A DNA stretch of 63,586 nucleotides, counting the filler, from Octopus bimaculoides (lineage: Eukaryota): assembly GCF_001194135.2 (NCBI RefSeq). It is 4 parts of 4 records of this genome, joined end to end, with 100 filler letters (N's around TTAATTAATTAA, not from the genome) between each part and the next. Parts side by side here need not be neighbours in the genome. Positions count along the whole stretch, not along the records: positions 8,677 to 24,704 come from NC_069009.1; positions 24,805 to 38,434 come from NC_068998.1; 2 more parts are not named here. One strand, given 5' to 3'. The notes beneath the pieces are model-generated. The model made no database searches. It saw only the letters and a list, made by a program, of their open reading frames with translations, and was not told the origin of the DNA. The translations under genes and the position numbers were made by a program. Of this stretch, positions 12,855 through 25,310 are shown piece by piece (position 1 is the first letter of the stretch; every line of letters begins with the position of its first letter).

Positions 12855-12887
<33 letters not shown>

Positions 12888-12930
12888 ATGTATTTGTATG
12901 TGTGAGTGTTTTGGTATATGTGTGTGTGTT

Positions 12931-12979
<49 letters not shown>

Positions 12980-13050
12980 GTGTGTGTGTGTGTGTGTGTG
13001 TGTATCTATGTTTGCTATATGTGTGTGTGTATGTATGTGAGTTTGGGTTT
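12440..13050. repeat. Compound (TG)n/(TA)n microsatellite field
   Basis: Low-complexity dinucleotide mosaic. Confidence 0.9.
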
Positions 13051-13419
13051 GTATCTAAGATTTGAATTAGATCTGGTGATGTCGTTGTTGTTGTTGGTCT
13101 AGTAGTGGTGGGGGTGAAATTATTCAGTGGGGGGGAGAGAGAGAGAGAGAGAGAGAGAGAAGCTTTAGGACTAGCGGTGAGGTGTGGTTTGTGGAGGTGA
13201 TAGGGGTGATAGAGTAAGTGGGGACTCAAAGTTGGTGGGGGGGTGCACAGAAAGGAGAGATTGTAAGGAGTGTGGGTGAGGTTGGATGAATCTGATACAA
13301 TAGGGAGCTGGTGGTGATGGTGGGGTGGGGAAGCACAGAGATAGTGTTGTGTATAGTTGTACATCTTTGGGGGATAACAAGATGGACTTGTGTTGGGTCA
13401 GGAAAGGGACATTGACTGA

Positions 13420-13798
13420 AGCGGTGGTGGTGGTAGTAGTTGTGGCGGTGGTGGTGGTGGTGGTGGTGGTGGTGGTAGCAGTGGGTGTAGGCATGATGCT
13501 GGAGGGAGAGTTGTAGTAGCAGCTACGGTGGTAGTAACAGTTATAGAAGTAGTAGGGTTTGCTGTAGTTGTAGTAGTAGTGGTGGTGGTAGTAGTAGTTG
13601 TAGTAGTAGTAGTAACAGTAGCAGTTGTTGTAGTAGTGATCGTAGTATTATTATTATTATTAGTAGTAGGAGTAGTCGTACTGGTGGTGGTAATAGTAGT
13701 AGTAGTAGTAGTTGCAGTAGTGCTTGTACCAATTGTTGTAGTAGTAGTAGTAGTGGTGGTGGTGGTGGTGGTAATAGTAGTAGTAGTACTGATGGTGA

Positions 13799-13862
<64 letters not shown>

Positions 13863-13895
13863 TTTAGTAATTGAAGTAGTGGTAGTAGTATTAGG
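13420..13895. repeat. (GTA)n/(GTG)n trinucleotide field
   Basis: Source of the poly-V and poly-L artefact ORFs. Confidence 0.9.
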
Positions 13896-14361
13896 GTGGT
13901 GTTAGGGTTATGAGACAAGGTGACTCTGAAGTAGATGGGTGAAGCTGCTGGGGGTTGTCGAGTGATAATAATAAAGGGATTTCTCATCCCTGTGCCTGCT
14001 ACTCCACCCCCATGCACATGTTGTTACTGCTTAGTGTTTGGACACACCCAACCCACACCTAGGTTTACCTTGGATCATGCAAACCTATCATCAACCATAT
14101 TCCATCCATGACCATCCCTCCTCCCACCTTGTTCCCAAACATAAGACAGTAAATGAGGTGTGATCTGAGGGAGATTTGGCAGCTGTTTCTGTTGGATTGT
14201 CAGATGCATGCATTTCTGCATAATTGAACATCATCAGCCGGTAACACCAAATTCATTGTTTACTGCCTTGTCACAATGATAGTTCTGATATATAAGACCA
14301 GTGAAGTTTGCTGGTGTATATAGGGTTTTATTCAAGCTGAAATTAATTAAATAGCATGGGT

Positions 14362-14655
14362 GCTGGCATGGCTGTGTGGTAAGAAGGTTGCTTCCCAACC
14401 ATGTAATTCTGGGTTCAGTCTCACTGTGTGGCACCTTGGGCAAGTGTCTTCTACTATAGCCTTGCGCTGGCCAAAGCCTTGTGAGTCGATTTGGAAGATG
14501 GAAACTGAAAGAAGCCCAACATATATATATGTGCGTGCATGTATTTGTATGTGTGTGTTTGTCTCCCCACCATCACTTGATAGCTGGTGTTGGTGTGTTT
14601 ACGCCTCCATAACTTAGCAGTCCAGCAAAAGAGATTGATAGAATAAGTACTAGAG
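14362..14655 (+). mobile_element. SINE family A
   Basis: Head, CORE-like box, internal microsatellite, partial tail. Confidence 0.8.
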
Positions 14656-14719
14656 AACGACTGTAAATGGGATACAGCTGCTATTTCTAGCATTTATTTT
14701 CATTCAGTTCATGATCGAG

Positions 14720-16220
14720 ATTGTTGTTGTTTAGCCCTAGGTCAGTCCTAATCCAGCAGACCTACAATCAAAGACGTTCTAGCCATGACAGTCCCATCTT
14801 TTATTCAGGCATAGTGTATCTAGGACTACATTATCTGATGTATAGTACAGTAGTCAGTATTAGTGGCTGTAGTTGTTATTTAACCCCAGTCCAGTCCCGA
14901 TTCTGCTGACCTCTGATCAAAGATGTTCCAGCTGTGACCATCCCATCTTATATCAGGTCATCCCATAAGTTCTGTTCGATTTTACCTTTTTTTAAATCGA
15001 ATGAAATTTAATAATATTTTAGAATGTCTAATGGAATTTTAAATTATTTTTATGCATTTGTGTACATTTAAACTAATTAAATATTATTTTAAAGAATAAT
15101 AGAATAAAAATTTCTTAGATTAAAACCCTTTCTAACATGGAAGTATCCAAAGAGCATTTGAGGCACGTAATGCTTTCTGAGGACAAAAAAGGAAACTCTG
15201 CAGCCGAAGCGACTCGATACATACACTCAGTTTATGGGAAAGAATGCTTGAATGAAGGAACTCGCAGAATATGGTTTGCAAAATTCAGAAGTGGAGATTT
15301 CAGCCTTGAAGATGAAGATCGAACAGGATGTCCGGTTGAGTTTGATGATAAGCTCCTTGAGGCATGACTTGAAGAAAATTCTGCATTATAAGTTGAAGAA
15401 TTGGCAATGAAGCTTAGTTCAAACCATACAACTGTTCATCGTCATCTTCAACAACTTGGAAAGGTTCCTAAACTTGGAAAATGGGTGCCTCATGAATTGT
15501 CCGAAAGCAACCGCAAATCCCGAGTTGACATGTGCTCTTCTCTCCATTCTCGCGAACTGATTTCACCCTTTTTGGATAGACTTGTGACTAATGACGAAAA
15601 ATGGATCTTCTATGGAAATATTAAACATCGTAAACAGTGGCTTGGTAGAAGGGAAAAAGCTCAACCACAACCGAGAAGGGAACTTCATGGGAAAAAGGTT
15701 CTTCTCTCTATCTGGTGGGATTGCAAAGGAGTAATTCACTTTGAATTGTTACCACCTAATGCAACAATCAATGCTCAAGTCTACTGTCTGCAATTAGAGT
15801 GTTTGAACCAAGCTTTGAAGAAAAAAAGACCTGTGTTAGTGAATCAAAAAAGGAGTGATGTTTCATCAGGACAATGCGTGACCCCACACTGCAAAGATCA
15901 CATCACGGAAGATCGAAGAGCTTGGTTGGGATTAAAAAGCTTGAAAATAGATGGAAGTAAGTCATAGATAATCAGGGAAAGTACGTTGATGATTCAATTT
16001 CAATTAAATATAACATTTGATCATTTGTTTTCTTTATTTAAAATTCAGACAAAACTTATGGGATGACCTGACATCTATATATAATGTACCTAGGACTACA
16101 TTATTCAATGTATAGTACAACAGCTAGTATCAGTGAATATAATTGTTGTTGTTCAGCTCCTTGTCAGTCCCCATCCAGCAAATCTGGTCAAAATAATTCC
16201 AAACTTGACCATCCTGTCTT
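14720..16220. repeat. ~150-bp tandem repeat (about 2.5 units) split by a mariner insertion
   Basis: Unit ttgttgttg..agccc..gtcagtcc....gaccatcc..tctt..ctaggactacattat..atgtatagtaca recurs at 14720, at 14872 (resuming at 16072) and at 16143. Confidence 0.7.
14953..16071 (+). mobile_element. Mariner transposon, defective (both TIRs present)
   Basis: TIRs tcaggtcatcccataagtt / aacttatgggatgacctga; TA on the left, CA on the right; transposase with HTH (MEVSKEHLRH..WFAKFRSGDFSLED), WVPHEL, first catalytic D (VTNDEKW) and frameshifted HQDNA; in-frame stops; YSPDL/third-D region deleted. Confidence 0.97.
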
Positions 16221-17194
16221 ATCTCTTTAGGGCAATATATCAAACAAAGACTTCTTCCTCTTTAGATAAGGTTTGAAGGGAATTAAACATCTATTTCTTG
16301 CACATTAATCAACCACATACAGGATCCCTTGTTGTCTCCCTCTAACTCCCTAACAGATGATAGGGGTGTGAGTGGGGCAAAAGGACTGATTTATAGATTT
16401 TGTTTAGGGTATCTGTAATAAGGGTTGGGGTCTGGTTTGCTTGATATCAATGTATGTATTGGGGGGTGGATTGAGTAGTAATGGTGGTAGTGGTGGTGAT
16501 GGTGTTTGTATTCTTGTGTGTGTGTGTGTGTGTGTGTTCGTCTAGCACTCCTACCCTGCCTGTGGATGTTTATCATGTTGCCCTTCCTCTACCCACTCCC
16601 CCCCCCCGCCAACCTGCCTCCTTCTTTTCCCCTCGATATACGCCGATAAATATATTGATACTATTGTGTGGTTGTGTATATATATATATATATATATNNN
16701 NNNNNNNNNNNNNNNNNNNNNNNNNNNNNNNNNNNNNNNNNNNNNNNNNNNNNNNNNNNNNNNNNNNNNNNNNNNNNNNNNNNNNNNNNNNNNNNNNNNN
16801 NNNNNNNNNNNNNNNNNNNNNNNNNNNNNNNNNNNNNNNNNNNNNNNNNNNNNNNNNNNNNNNNNNNNNNNNNNNNNNNNNNNNNNNNNNNNNNNNNNNN
16901 NNNNNNNNNNNNNNNNNNNNNNNNNNNNNNNNNNNNNNNNNNNNNNNNNNNNNNNNNNNNNNNNNNNNNNNNNNNNNNNNNNNNNNNNNNNNNNNNNNNN
17001 NNNNNNNNNNNNNNNNNNNNNNNNNNNNNNNNNNNNNNNNNNNNNNNNNNNNNNATATATATTGCATATGTGTTTATAAGTATGTGTGTGTGTGTGTGTG
17101 TGTGTACACACATACAATGATATATTTATTTGAAATTCAATGTTTACAAAAAATAACAGAAGTTAGACAACTGTAATCATGAGGGGGAGACAGA

Positions 17195-17234
<40 letters not shown>

Positions 17235-18189
17235 GAGAGAAAGAGAGGCAGACAAAGCGAAAGAGAGAAATAGAAAGAAAATAGAAAGAAAATGAGAAAC
17301 GGACAGAGAGAGAGAGAGACAGACAGAGATAAATAATCCATGATTTACAAAGAGAGAGAGAACAAGAGCGAGAATAGACAATCCCCACCTGACCACCACC
17401 TCTACCAAAGACCAAAGCCTCTAACACTTAATCACTACCATTACACGCCCACTTAATCGCAGAATCAGTAGACAACAGGAGGGTAAAGGGTGGAACCAAT
17501 GGTCAAACGTTCTGCTTGACGCCAAAATTTATAACTTGCTGTATTTCTTCCCCTGAATTCAAGAAAAATTCTTCATGTTTTTTTTCTGTGTTTTTGGCAT
17601 ATTATAGCTTTCTTTTATTATTATTTTTTTTTTTGCTTTTCTTTTCCCCTTCTTGTCTCTCTTACATCTTTTCTTACCCCAGTCTGTCTCCTTCCTCATT
17701 TTATACATTCTTTCATTCATTTACTGGGGGTAGAGGGTGGGGAGTGTTCTACCCCTTTGACTGAGGTCACGCTGGAGCACCGCGCTCAAGGGTTTCTTAG
17801 CTGATTGTACTGAGTTTCTAATTTCATTCTGCTCTATATTTAATTGATCTTCATTTGTTGAACGGCTAAGTAGTATGCAATAAAGAGACACAACATAAAG
17901 AAGCTGCTTCACTAAATACACACAGACATGGAAACAGATACACATGTATTTCTTTTTTCTTTTTCTTTTATTTGTTTCAGTCACTTGGGTGCGGCCATGC
18001 TGGAGCACCACCTTTAGTCGAGCAAATCGACCCCAGGACTTATTCTTTATAAGCCTAGTATTTATTCTATTGGTCTCTTTTGCTGAAGGCTAAGTTACAG
18101 GGATGTAAACATACCAGCATCGGTTGTCAAGCAATGTTAGGGAGGCAAACACAGACACACAAACATATACACACACACATACGTATATA

Positions 18190-18328
18190 TGGGAGAATAT
18201 ACAAAAAATAACAACAGACGAGGACAGGTGGTGTAAATAACAAAAGTATATATTAGTATGACGCTCGGGAATACGGAAAGTCTTTGACGTTTCGAGCTAC
18301 GCTCTTCAACAGAAAGAATACGGAACAT
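18190..18328 (-). mobile_element. Repeat H1, Penelope pseudo-LTR-like fragment
   Basis: Homologous to 44340-44480 and to the reverse complement of 62905-63035; carries a minimal hammerhead. Confidence 0.65.
18281..18317 (-). ncRNA. Minimal type I hammerhead ribozyme, CUGUUGA core variant (H1)
   Basis: UCUUU-CUGUUGA-A-GAGC-GUA-GCUC-GAAAC-GUC-AAAGA: 5-bp stem I, 4-bp stem II, palindromic ACGU stem III, GUC site. Confidence 0.75.
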
Positions 18329-18853
18329 ACATGCATATATATATATATATATACACATATATACAACGGGCTTCTTTCAGTTTCCGTCTACCAAATCCAC
18401 TCACAAGNNNNNNNNNNNNNNNNNNNNNNNNNNNNNNNNNNNNNNNNNNNNNNNNNNNNNNNNNNNNNNNNNNNNNNNNNNNNNNNNNNNNNNNNNNNNN
18501 NNNNNNNNNNNNNNNNNNNNNNNNNNNNNNNNNNNNNNNNNNNNNNNNNNNNNNNNNNNNNNNNNNNNNNNNNNNNNNNNNNNNNNNNNNNNNNNNNNNN
18601 NNNNNNNNNNNNNNNNNNNNNNNNNNNNNNNNNNNNNNNNNNNNNNNNNNNNNNNNNNNNNNNNNNNNNNNNNNNNNNNNNNNNNNNNNNNNNNNNNNNN
18701 NNNNNNNNNNNNNNNNNNNNNNNNNNNNNNNNNNNNNNNNNNNNNNNNNNNNNNNNNNNNNNNNNNNNNNNNNNNNNNNNNNNNNNNNNNNNNNNNNNNN
18801 NNNNNNNNNNNNNNNNNNNNNNNNNNNNNNNNNNNNNNNNNNNNNNNNNNNNN

Positions 18854-19085
18854 AGCTTCTTCCCCAACCCAACCTCCCTACCTGGCTCGTTCCCTTGCTC
18901 CCGCCCACACTGCTGCTGCACTTGCCCTCCTCACCGGCACCCATCATCGACCCTATCGTATCACTGATTCCTTCACCTGCACTTCTACCAACATCATCTA
19001 TTGCATCTCCTGCTCTCTCTGCCATTCTCTGTACATTGGACAAATGGGGCACTGCCTGGCCGACCGATTCGCAGAACACCTTGTT
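18854..19085 (+). mobile_element. Penelope-like element GIY-YIG endonuclease fragment
   Basis: PGSFPCSRPHCCCTCP..(frameshift)..ITDSFTCTSTNIIYCISCSLCHSLYIGQMGHCLADRFAEHL: CxxC cluster, IY...YIG and R/EH motifs of PLE endonucleases. Confidence 0.9.
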
Positions 19086-19130
19086 TGCAATGACATCAAC
19101 ATTTGCAATGACACCCCGGTGTCATGCCAT

Positions 19131-19285
19131 TGGGCTTCTTTCAGTTTCCATCTACAAAATCCACTCACGAGGCTTTGGTCAGCCTGAAGCTATAGTAGGA
19201 GACACTTGCCCGTGGTGCCATGCAATGAGACTGAACCCAGAACCATGAGATTGGAAAGCAAGCTTCTTACTACACGGCCACACTT
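19131..19285 (-). mobile_element. SINE family A, 5' half
   Basis: Reverse complement of head and CORE-like box. Confidence 0.7.
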
Positions 19286-19555
19286 ACATCTATACACACA
19301 CACACACACACACACACACATATGCAGACACACATGAATATATATAAATATACACACATATAAATATATATACATATAAATATATTAACATAAATTTCTT
19401 ACTATATATATAAATATAATTAAATATGAATATATTAGACACACATACACACATCACTATCAAAACAACAACAGCAATAATAAAACCAACAACACATAAT
19501 ACATCACACAAACAACAGAAAAGACACACACACACACACACAAACAACAGAAAAG

Positions 19556-19589
<34 letters not shown>

Positions 19590-19788
19590 CTTCCTCCCCC
19601 ACCTCATCATCTCTCCTCCCACTATTCCTCACATATGGAGCTCATTATTACATTTACCATAAAATAGAACCAGACATTGAGATTTTTTTTACCATTTTCT
19701 TTTAATTATTTCTATATTATTGTTTTATTATTATTATTATTATTACTATTAATTTTTTTTTTCTTTTTTTGACATGCGTTGCTTGTAG

Positions 19789-19857
19789 CCAAAGATCTTG
19801 TCTACAGATTCCCTTCCAACGTCTTAATCTACCTGTCTTGTCTTCAGGGTATTCAGG
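19789..19857 (+). CDS. Candidate internal coding exon (69 nt), unknown protein
   Basis: Long T tract ...gcttgtag acceptor and AGG/gtatgt donor; open phase-1 frame KDLVYRFPSNVLIYLSCLQGIQ; no homology recognised. Confidence 0.25.
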
Positions 19858-19949
19858 GTATGTGGTGCCGAGCAGTGTAACATTGGGTAAATCGTTGTGA
19901 CGTCTTGATAGGGGTCACTGAACACACGGCTTGTTTTTATGCTCGTCTG

Positions 19950-19992
<43 letters not shown>

Positions 19993-20086
19993 TTGTAATG
20001 TGAGTATGTAATAGCTGGGAGGAAGACCAGATGTGTGCGAACAAATGTTATGGGTATGTCAGTATATATACACACACACATATACA

Positions 20087-20130
<44 letters not shown>

Positions 20131-20709
20131 TACACACACACAAATACACATATACATACACTAACAAAGACATATATCTACATATAGACACCTACCCATA
20201 TGTACATGCATGCACACATCTATGTACATACATACACACATACATACATGTATATATTTCAATTCTTTCATACATATTTGTGTGTATTTTTGTATATATG
20301 TATATGCATGCATTAATCCACATAGATATGTATTATATTGAATATGTATTTAATATATATACATACATATATATACACACACACACACATTCATACATAC
20401 ACATATATTATATATATATATATATATATACGTCTATTTTTTTCTTTGCCTTATATATATACACACACACACACATACACACACCCACACACAGACACAC
20501 AGACACATATATATATTTTAAATATATATATATATGTATGCATATATACGTTCGTCAAATTTTGTATGTGTACATGCTTATATATGTATGGATGTATATA
20601 CATATATATGCATGTATACGTATGTATGCTCTACCTATAATATTTACACGGAACAGTACATTTTATATACATGTGTATATGTACATATATATATATATGT
20701 ATGTATGTG

Positions 20710-20747
<38 letters not shown>

Positions 20748-20844
20748 TATACACACACACATACATATATACATATACAGAGAGAGAAAGGTGCTGACAT
20801 ATGTTCATATATATATATATATATATATATATCTCAAGAGATAG

Positions 20845-20883
<39 letters not shown>

Positions 20884-21067
20884 CCCTCACAAATACACGT
20901 GTTAAAGGGCTGAGGGTGGAAGACTTCAAAGAATTTACACCTCCTTGCTGCCAAATCTTTCTAATTCTGTGAAGTTTATGTAAATTCAATTCTAACAACT
21001 GGTTCTTGGTGCCATTCTGGCTAAGTAGGATTATTATAAAACATAGATAGGTATAACTATAGATTTA

Positions 21068-21100
<33 letters not shown>

Positions 21101-21167
21101 GAGCGTGTGTGTGTGACTGTGTGTGTATGTAACATACATATGTGTATGTGTGTGTGTGTGTGTGTGT

Positions 21168-21336
21168 GTAGGTGCAGACATGGCTGTGTGGTAAGAAGCT
21201 TGCTTCCCGACCTCATGGTTCTTGGTTCAGTCCCCCTGCATGGCACTTTGGTCAAGTGTTTTCTGCTATAGCCTCGGGCGAACCAAAGCCTTGTGAGTGG
21301 ACTTGGTAAATAGAAACTGAAAGAAGCCCATCGTAT
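21168..21336 (+). mobile_element. SINE family A, 5' half
   Basis: Head, then (TA)n running into an N gap. Confidence 0.8.
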
Positions 21337-22049
21337 ATATAAACATATATATATATATATATATATATATANNNNNNNNNNNNNNNNNNNNNNNNNNNNN
21401 NNNNNNNNNNNNNNNNNNNNNNNNNNNNNNNNNNNNNNNNNNNNNNNNNNNNNNNNNNNNNNNNNNNNNNNNNNNNNNNNNNNNNNNNNNNNNNNNNNNN
21501 NNNNNNNNNNNNNNNNNNNNNNNNNNNNNNNNNNNNNNNNNNNNNNNNNNNNNNNNNNNNNNNNNNNNNNNNNNNNNNNNNNNNNNNNNNNNNNNNNNNN
21601 NNNNNNNNNNNNNNNNNNNNNNNNNNNNNNNNNNNNNNNNNNNNNNNNNNNNNNNNNNNNNNNNNNNNNNNNNNNNNNNNNNNNNNNNNNNNNNNNNNNN
21701 NNNNNNNNNNNNNNNNNNNNNNNNNNNNNNNNNNNNNNNNNNNNNNNNNNNNNNNNNNNNNNNNNNNNNNNNNNNNNNNNNNNNNNNNNNNNNNNNNNNN
21801 NNNNNNNNNNNNNNNNNNNNNNNNNNNNNNTTTTGTTTAAAAGAGTTCCAACACTGTCTGTTTTTTATGTTTTATTTATATTCCTGCAGAACCAATGTGG
21901 GGTATAGAATATGGAATATACAATATATAATATAAAATAAAATAAAATAAAAATGGATGGCACCATGAAATAAAGTATTGAATGTAGATGAAATATTGAG
22001 TGTTCAATATAAAGGATCAAGTATATAAATATAAATATAAATATATAAA

Positions 22050-22089
22050 GGCGACTCGAGTTTCAGGGCTATTTCCCTTCGTCATGGCC
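22050..22089 (-). ncRNA. Minimal type I hammerhead motif (family H2, altered core)
   Basis: GGC-CAUGACGA-AGGG-AAAUAG-CCCU-GAAAC-UCGA-GUC-GCC; stems II and III as in 63470-63514. Confidence 0.6.
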
Positions 22090-23094
22090 GGTATGACAGA
22101 CTTTATATATTTATATATGAAATTAATATAAGCAACCAGGTGCAATGTGTTACCAGAAATGAAAAATTCAGTCGTCACTAAGTGTGACTAATGGTGCCAA
22201 CACACCTACATTGCTAGAAACAAGAGTTAAAATACTCTTAATGCTGTCGGAAGAATGCAGATGCATACATGCTGAGAGGGGAGGCAACTACCCCTGCTCC
22301 AGTAAAAGGCATTGCTCCAGCATGGCTGCAGTCGAATGACTGAAACAAGTAAAAGAATATACTTTATAGTGGGGTATGCCGGTTTATTGGGTTACCCTGC
22401 GTTTCTTGCTCATAAGGGGTTTTGCCTTACGGCGTATCTTCAGACCCCAAACACTGCTGGCCTGGGACCTCTTTAAAATGTGGAGGAGGAGAAACCTTGT
22501 TTTTAAGGGTAAAACCCTAGGTCATTATCTCCCTTTGCCATTGTCCATCGATCTACGTTTGCACTGCCATCTTGCGGTCACCAAAGCGTCACAAAGGTAA
22601 ATGATTGTCTCCCTTTGGCCTCGGCTATTTTGGTTTCCAGGTGTGGTGCTGCCATGCGGATTCCAAACAGCCAACGGGAATTTTCTAAATTTGAAGCATG
22701 GTCCAAAAATCTCCATCCTGAAGTTCAAGATGCCCCCTGACATGAGCGAGTCTTTAAGGATCCTTGTGTGTGTATATATATATATACACACACACACACA
22801 GTGTGTCTATTGTTTGATTCTGAATGATTGCATCATCATCATCGTCATTGTCATTGTACTGTCCACTTTTTGTTAATTGCATGACTCAGAAAGAAATCAC
22901 CGAAGCAGAATTTTCTATTGGCTGGATGCTCTTTCTGTCACCAACCCTCACCAGTTTCTAAGCAAATCAATATCTCCTCATGGCCAGACATGTTCTCTCA
23001 GAATACTGGAAGCAAACAACACTGCCTGTATGAGGGTGATACTCATTTACAACCATCATGTGATGTCAAGACATGGTTGCACACAAACATACAC

Positions 23095-23590
23095 GTTCAC
23101 AAATCTATGCTTGCCAGTGAAACATGGGCTATGACTACAGAGGAATTGCAAAGACTAGTATGCTCCACTGGATGGGTAATGTCAGTGTGCATGCACAACA
23201 GAGTGTAAATGATTTAAGAGGAAAGCTGGATATAAGAGGCATTAGATGCTCTGTACAAGACAGAAGACTGCACTCGGCAGCAAGCTGGCAGAAACGTTAG
23301 CACGACGGGCGAAATGCTTAGTGGTATTTTGGCTGCCATTACGTTCTGAGTTCAAATTCCGCCAAGGTCGACTTTGCTTTCATCCTTTCGGGGTCGAATA
23401 AATAAGTACCAGTTACACACTGGGGTTGATGTAATCGACTTAATCCCTTTGTCTGTCCTTGTTTGTCCCCTCTATCTTTAGCCCCTTGTGGGCAGCAAAA
23501 TAATAAGAAGACTGCACTGCTTTGGTCATGTGATTCATATGTATGAGGACAGCTTTATAAAGAAGTTCCGAGGTCTATTTGTGGAGGGTT
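23095..23590 (+). mobile_element. RTE-clade LINE fragment interrupted by a SINE
   Basis: MLASETWAMTTEELQRL...DLRGKLDIRGIRCSVQDRRLH|CFGHVIHMYEDSFIKK; reading resumes after the SINE. Confidence 0.8.
23275..23505 (+). mobile_element. SINE family B variant with 13-bp TSD
   Basis: AGAAGACTGCACT at 23262-23274 and 23506-23518. Confidence 0.9.
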
Positions 23591-23599
23591 CCAGGTTTA

Positions 23600-23699
23600 G
23601 TCCCATTGCATGGCTTCTGAGGAGTCTGTCTTCTATGATAGCCTTGGGTAGATCAAAGCCTTCTGAGTGGATTTGTTAGACAGAAACTGAAAGAAGCCC

Positions 23700-23788
<89 letters not shown>

Positions 23789-23975
23789 GTGTGTGTATGT
23801 GTGTCATTGTGCTTGTACCCTATGACTATTTGACATCTACATTACTTGACAGTTCAGCAAAAGACACCAACAGAATAAGTACCAGGCTTAAGAAATAAAA
23901 TGTCCTGAGGTCAATTCAACTAAAATTCTTCAAGGATGTGCCCCAGCATGGCTATAGTCTAATGAAGGAACCAAT
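23600..23975 (+). mobile_element. SINE family A, diverged
   Basis: Body, internal (TG)n and tail. Confidence 0.7.
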
Positions 23976-24482
23976 AAAAATATATAAAAGATTTGCCTAA
24001 AGTTTCATTCAGTGAGATTGAACCCAAGACCTTAACTTTACAGCACATACACAACATCTTATCATCAGTCACGTGCAATTTCAATGAGTTCTTCTATTTT
24101 GTAAATCACTTTCAAAACTTATGTCTGTGTTGCTTTCAAAACTTGAAAAAATTTGTGTCCACCATTTTGTTTCTGAATGAGATCCTCTGCTACAAAAGCA
24201 GACAACATTTTTCTGCCATTATTTCTCTCAGAATTCCTTTTTTGACAATGAAATAATTCATTAAGAAAGTTAGATAATTCTTTGAAGAATGTTTTAACAG
24301 CAGTCTTTTACTTGCAGTTATGTCTTGAACTGGAATTAGAACAAAAGGCTTTTGTTAGGCTTGTATGTATGTATGTATATGTATTTATATATATCTGTAT
24401 ATATATATATATATATACATAGATAGATAGATACATGGAGAGATAGACACCCATGCATATATATATATATATATATATATAC

Positions 24483-24514
<32 letters not shown>

Positions 24515-24879
24515 ATATATTTATAGATATACATATGTCCATTCAAAGATACACAGAATGTGTGTATCTGCGTGCGTGTATATATATATGTAATATCTGT
24601 GTGCGTATGTGAATGTATGTCTATATATATATATATATATATACTCGTGTGTGTAGAAATAAAGTACTTGTTTACAACTATCATATGATGTCATGTCATG
24701 GAGANNNNNNNNNNNNNNNNNNNNNNNNNNNNNNNNNNNNNNNNNNNNTTAATTAATTAANNNNNNNNNNNNNNNNNNNNNNNNNNNNNNNNNNNNNNNN
24801 NNNNGCTTAAAAAACAAATTCAGTAATTATTATTATTTTGCAATAGTAAAAAAAAAACTAAATTATTTCTTTTGAGACC

Positions 24880-25310
24880 TTGTAACCTAGAATAGTTTTC
24901 TCCTCCTTGGAAACGAATGAACGGTCTGGCAAATTTCTACCAATACAATCCAGTTTCGTCTACGTTAAAAATCTGTTCAGGAAGAAACTCGTTTACTTTG
25001 ATGATTTTCTTTAATGCATTAGGAAATTCCTCTGCTGATTGTTTGTCAGCTGATGCACCTTCACTTTGTTCCTTAAATCTCGTGGACCATCCTTGACCTG
25101 CCTTGAACTCTGTATCTTTCTCATCTGGATATTTTTTCTTCGGGTCCTCAAACAAAGACAGCACTTTCTCTTGAATAATTTTTTGACTAATAGTAGCATG
25201 CTGACGATTCAGCCTAACAATCTGAAGAGAAAGAAGACTTTCCATTTCTTCAAAGATTTTGCCACTTTTCCTATTGATGACAGTGTTTTTCATCCTTGGG
25301 GCTTCAGATC
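24880..25310 (-). mobile_element. Tigger/pogo transposase fragment
   Basis: CENP-B-type HTH (IIQEKVLSLFED..FKAGQGWSTRFK) and first DDE motif QIFNVDETGLYW. Confidence 0.9.

Larger units (their letters stand above)
17957..18407 (-). mobile_element. SINE family A, split by a hammerhead-bearing repeat in its internal microsatellite
   Basis: 3' half 17957-18170; 5'-side sequence resumes 18365-18407, then N gap. Confidence 0.75.

Noticed and set aside
12570-13905. Long ORFs rich in YI, CV, HT, V or L (also at 20031, 31015, 32167, 39830, 59744 and elsewhere)
   Set aside because: Translations of di- and trinucleotide microsatellites with no domain content.
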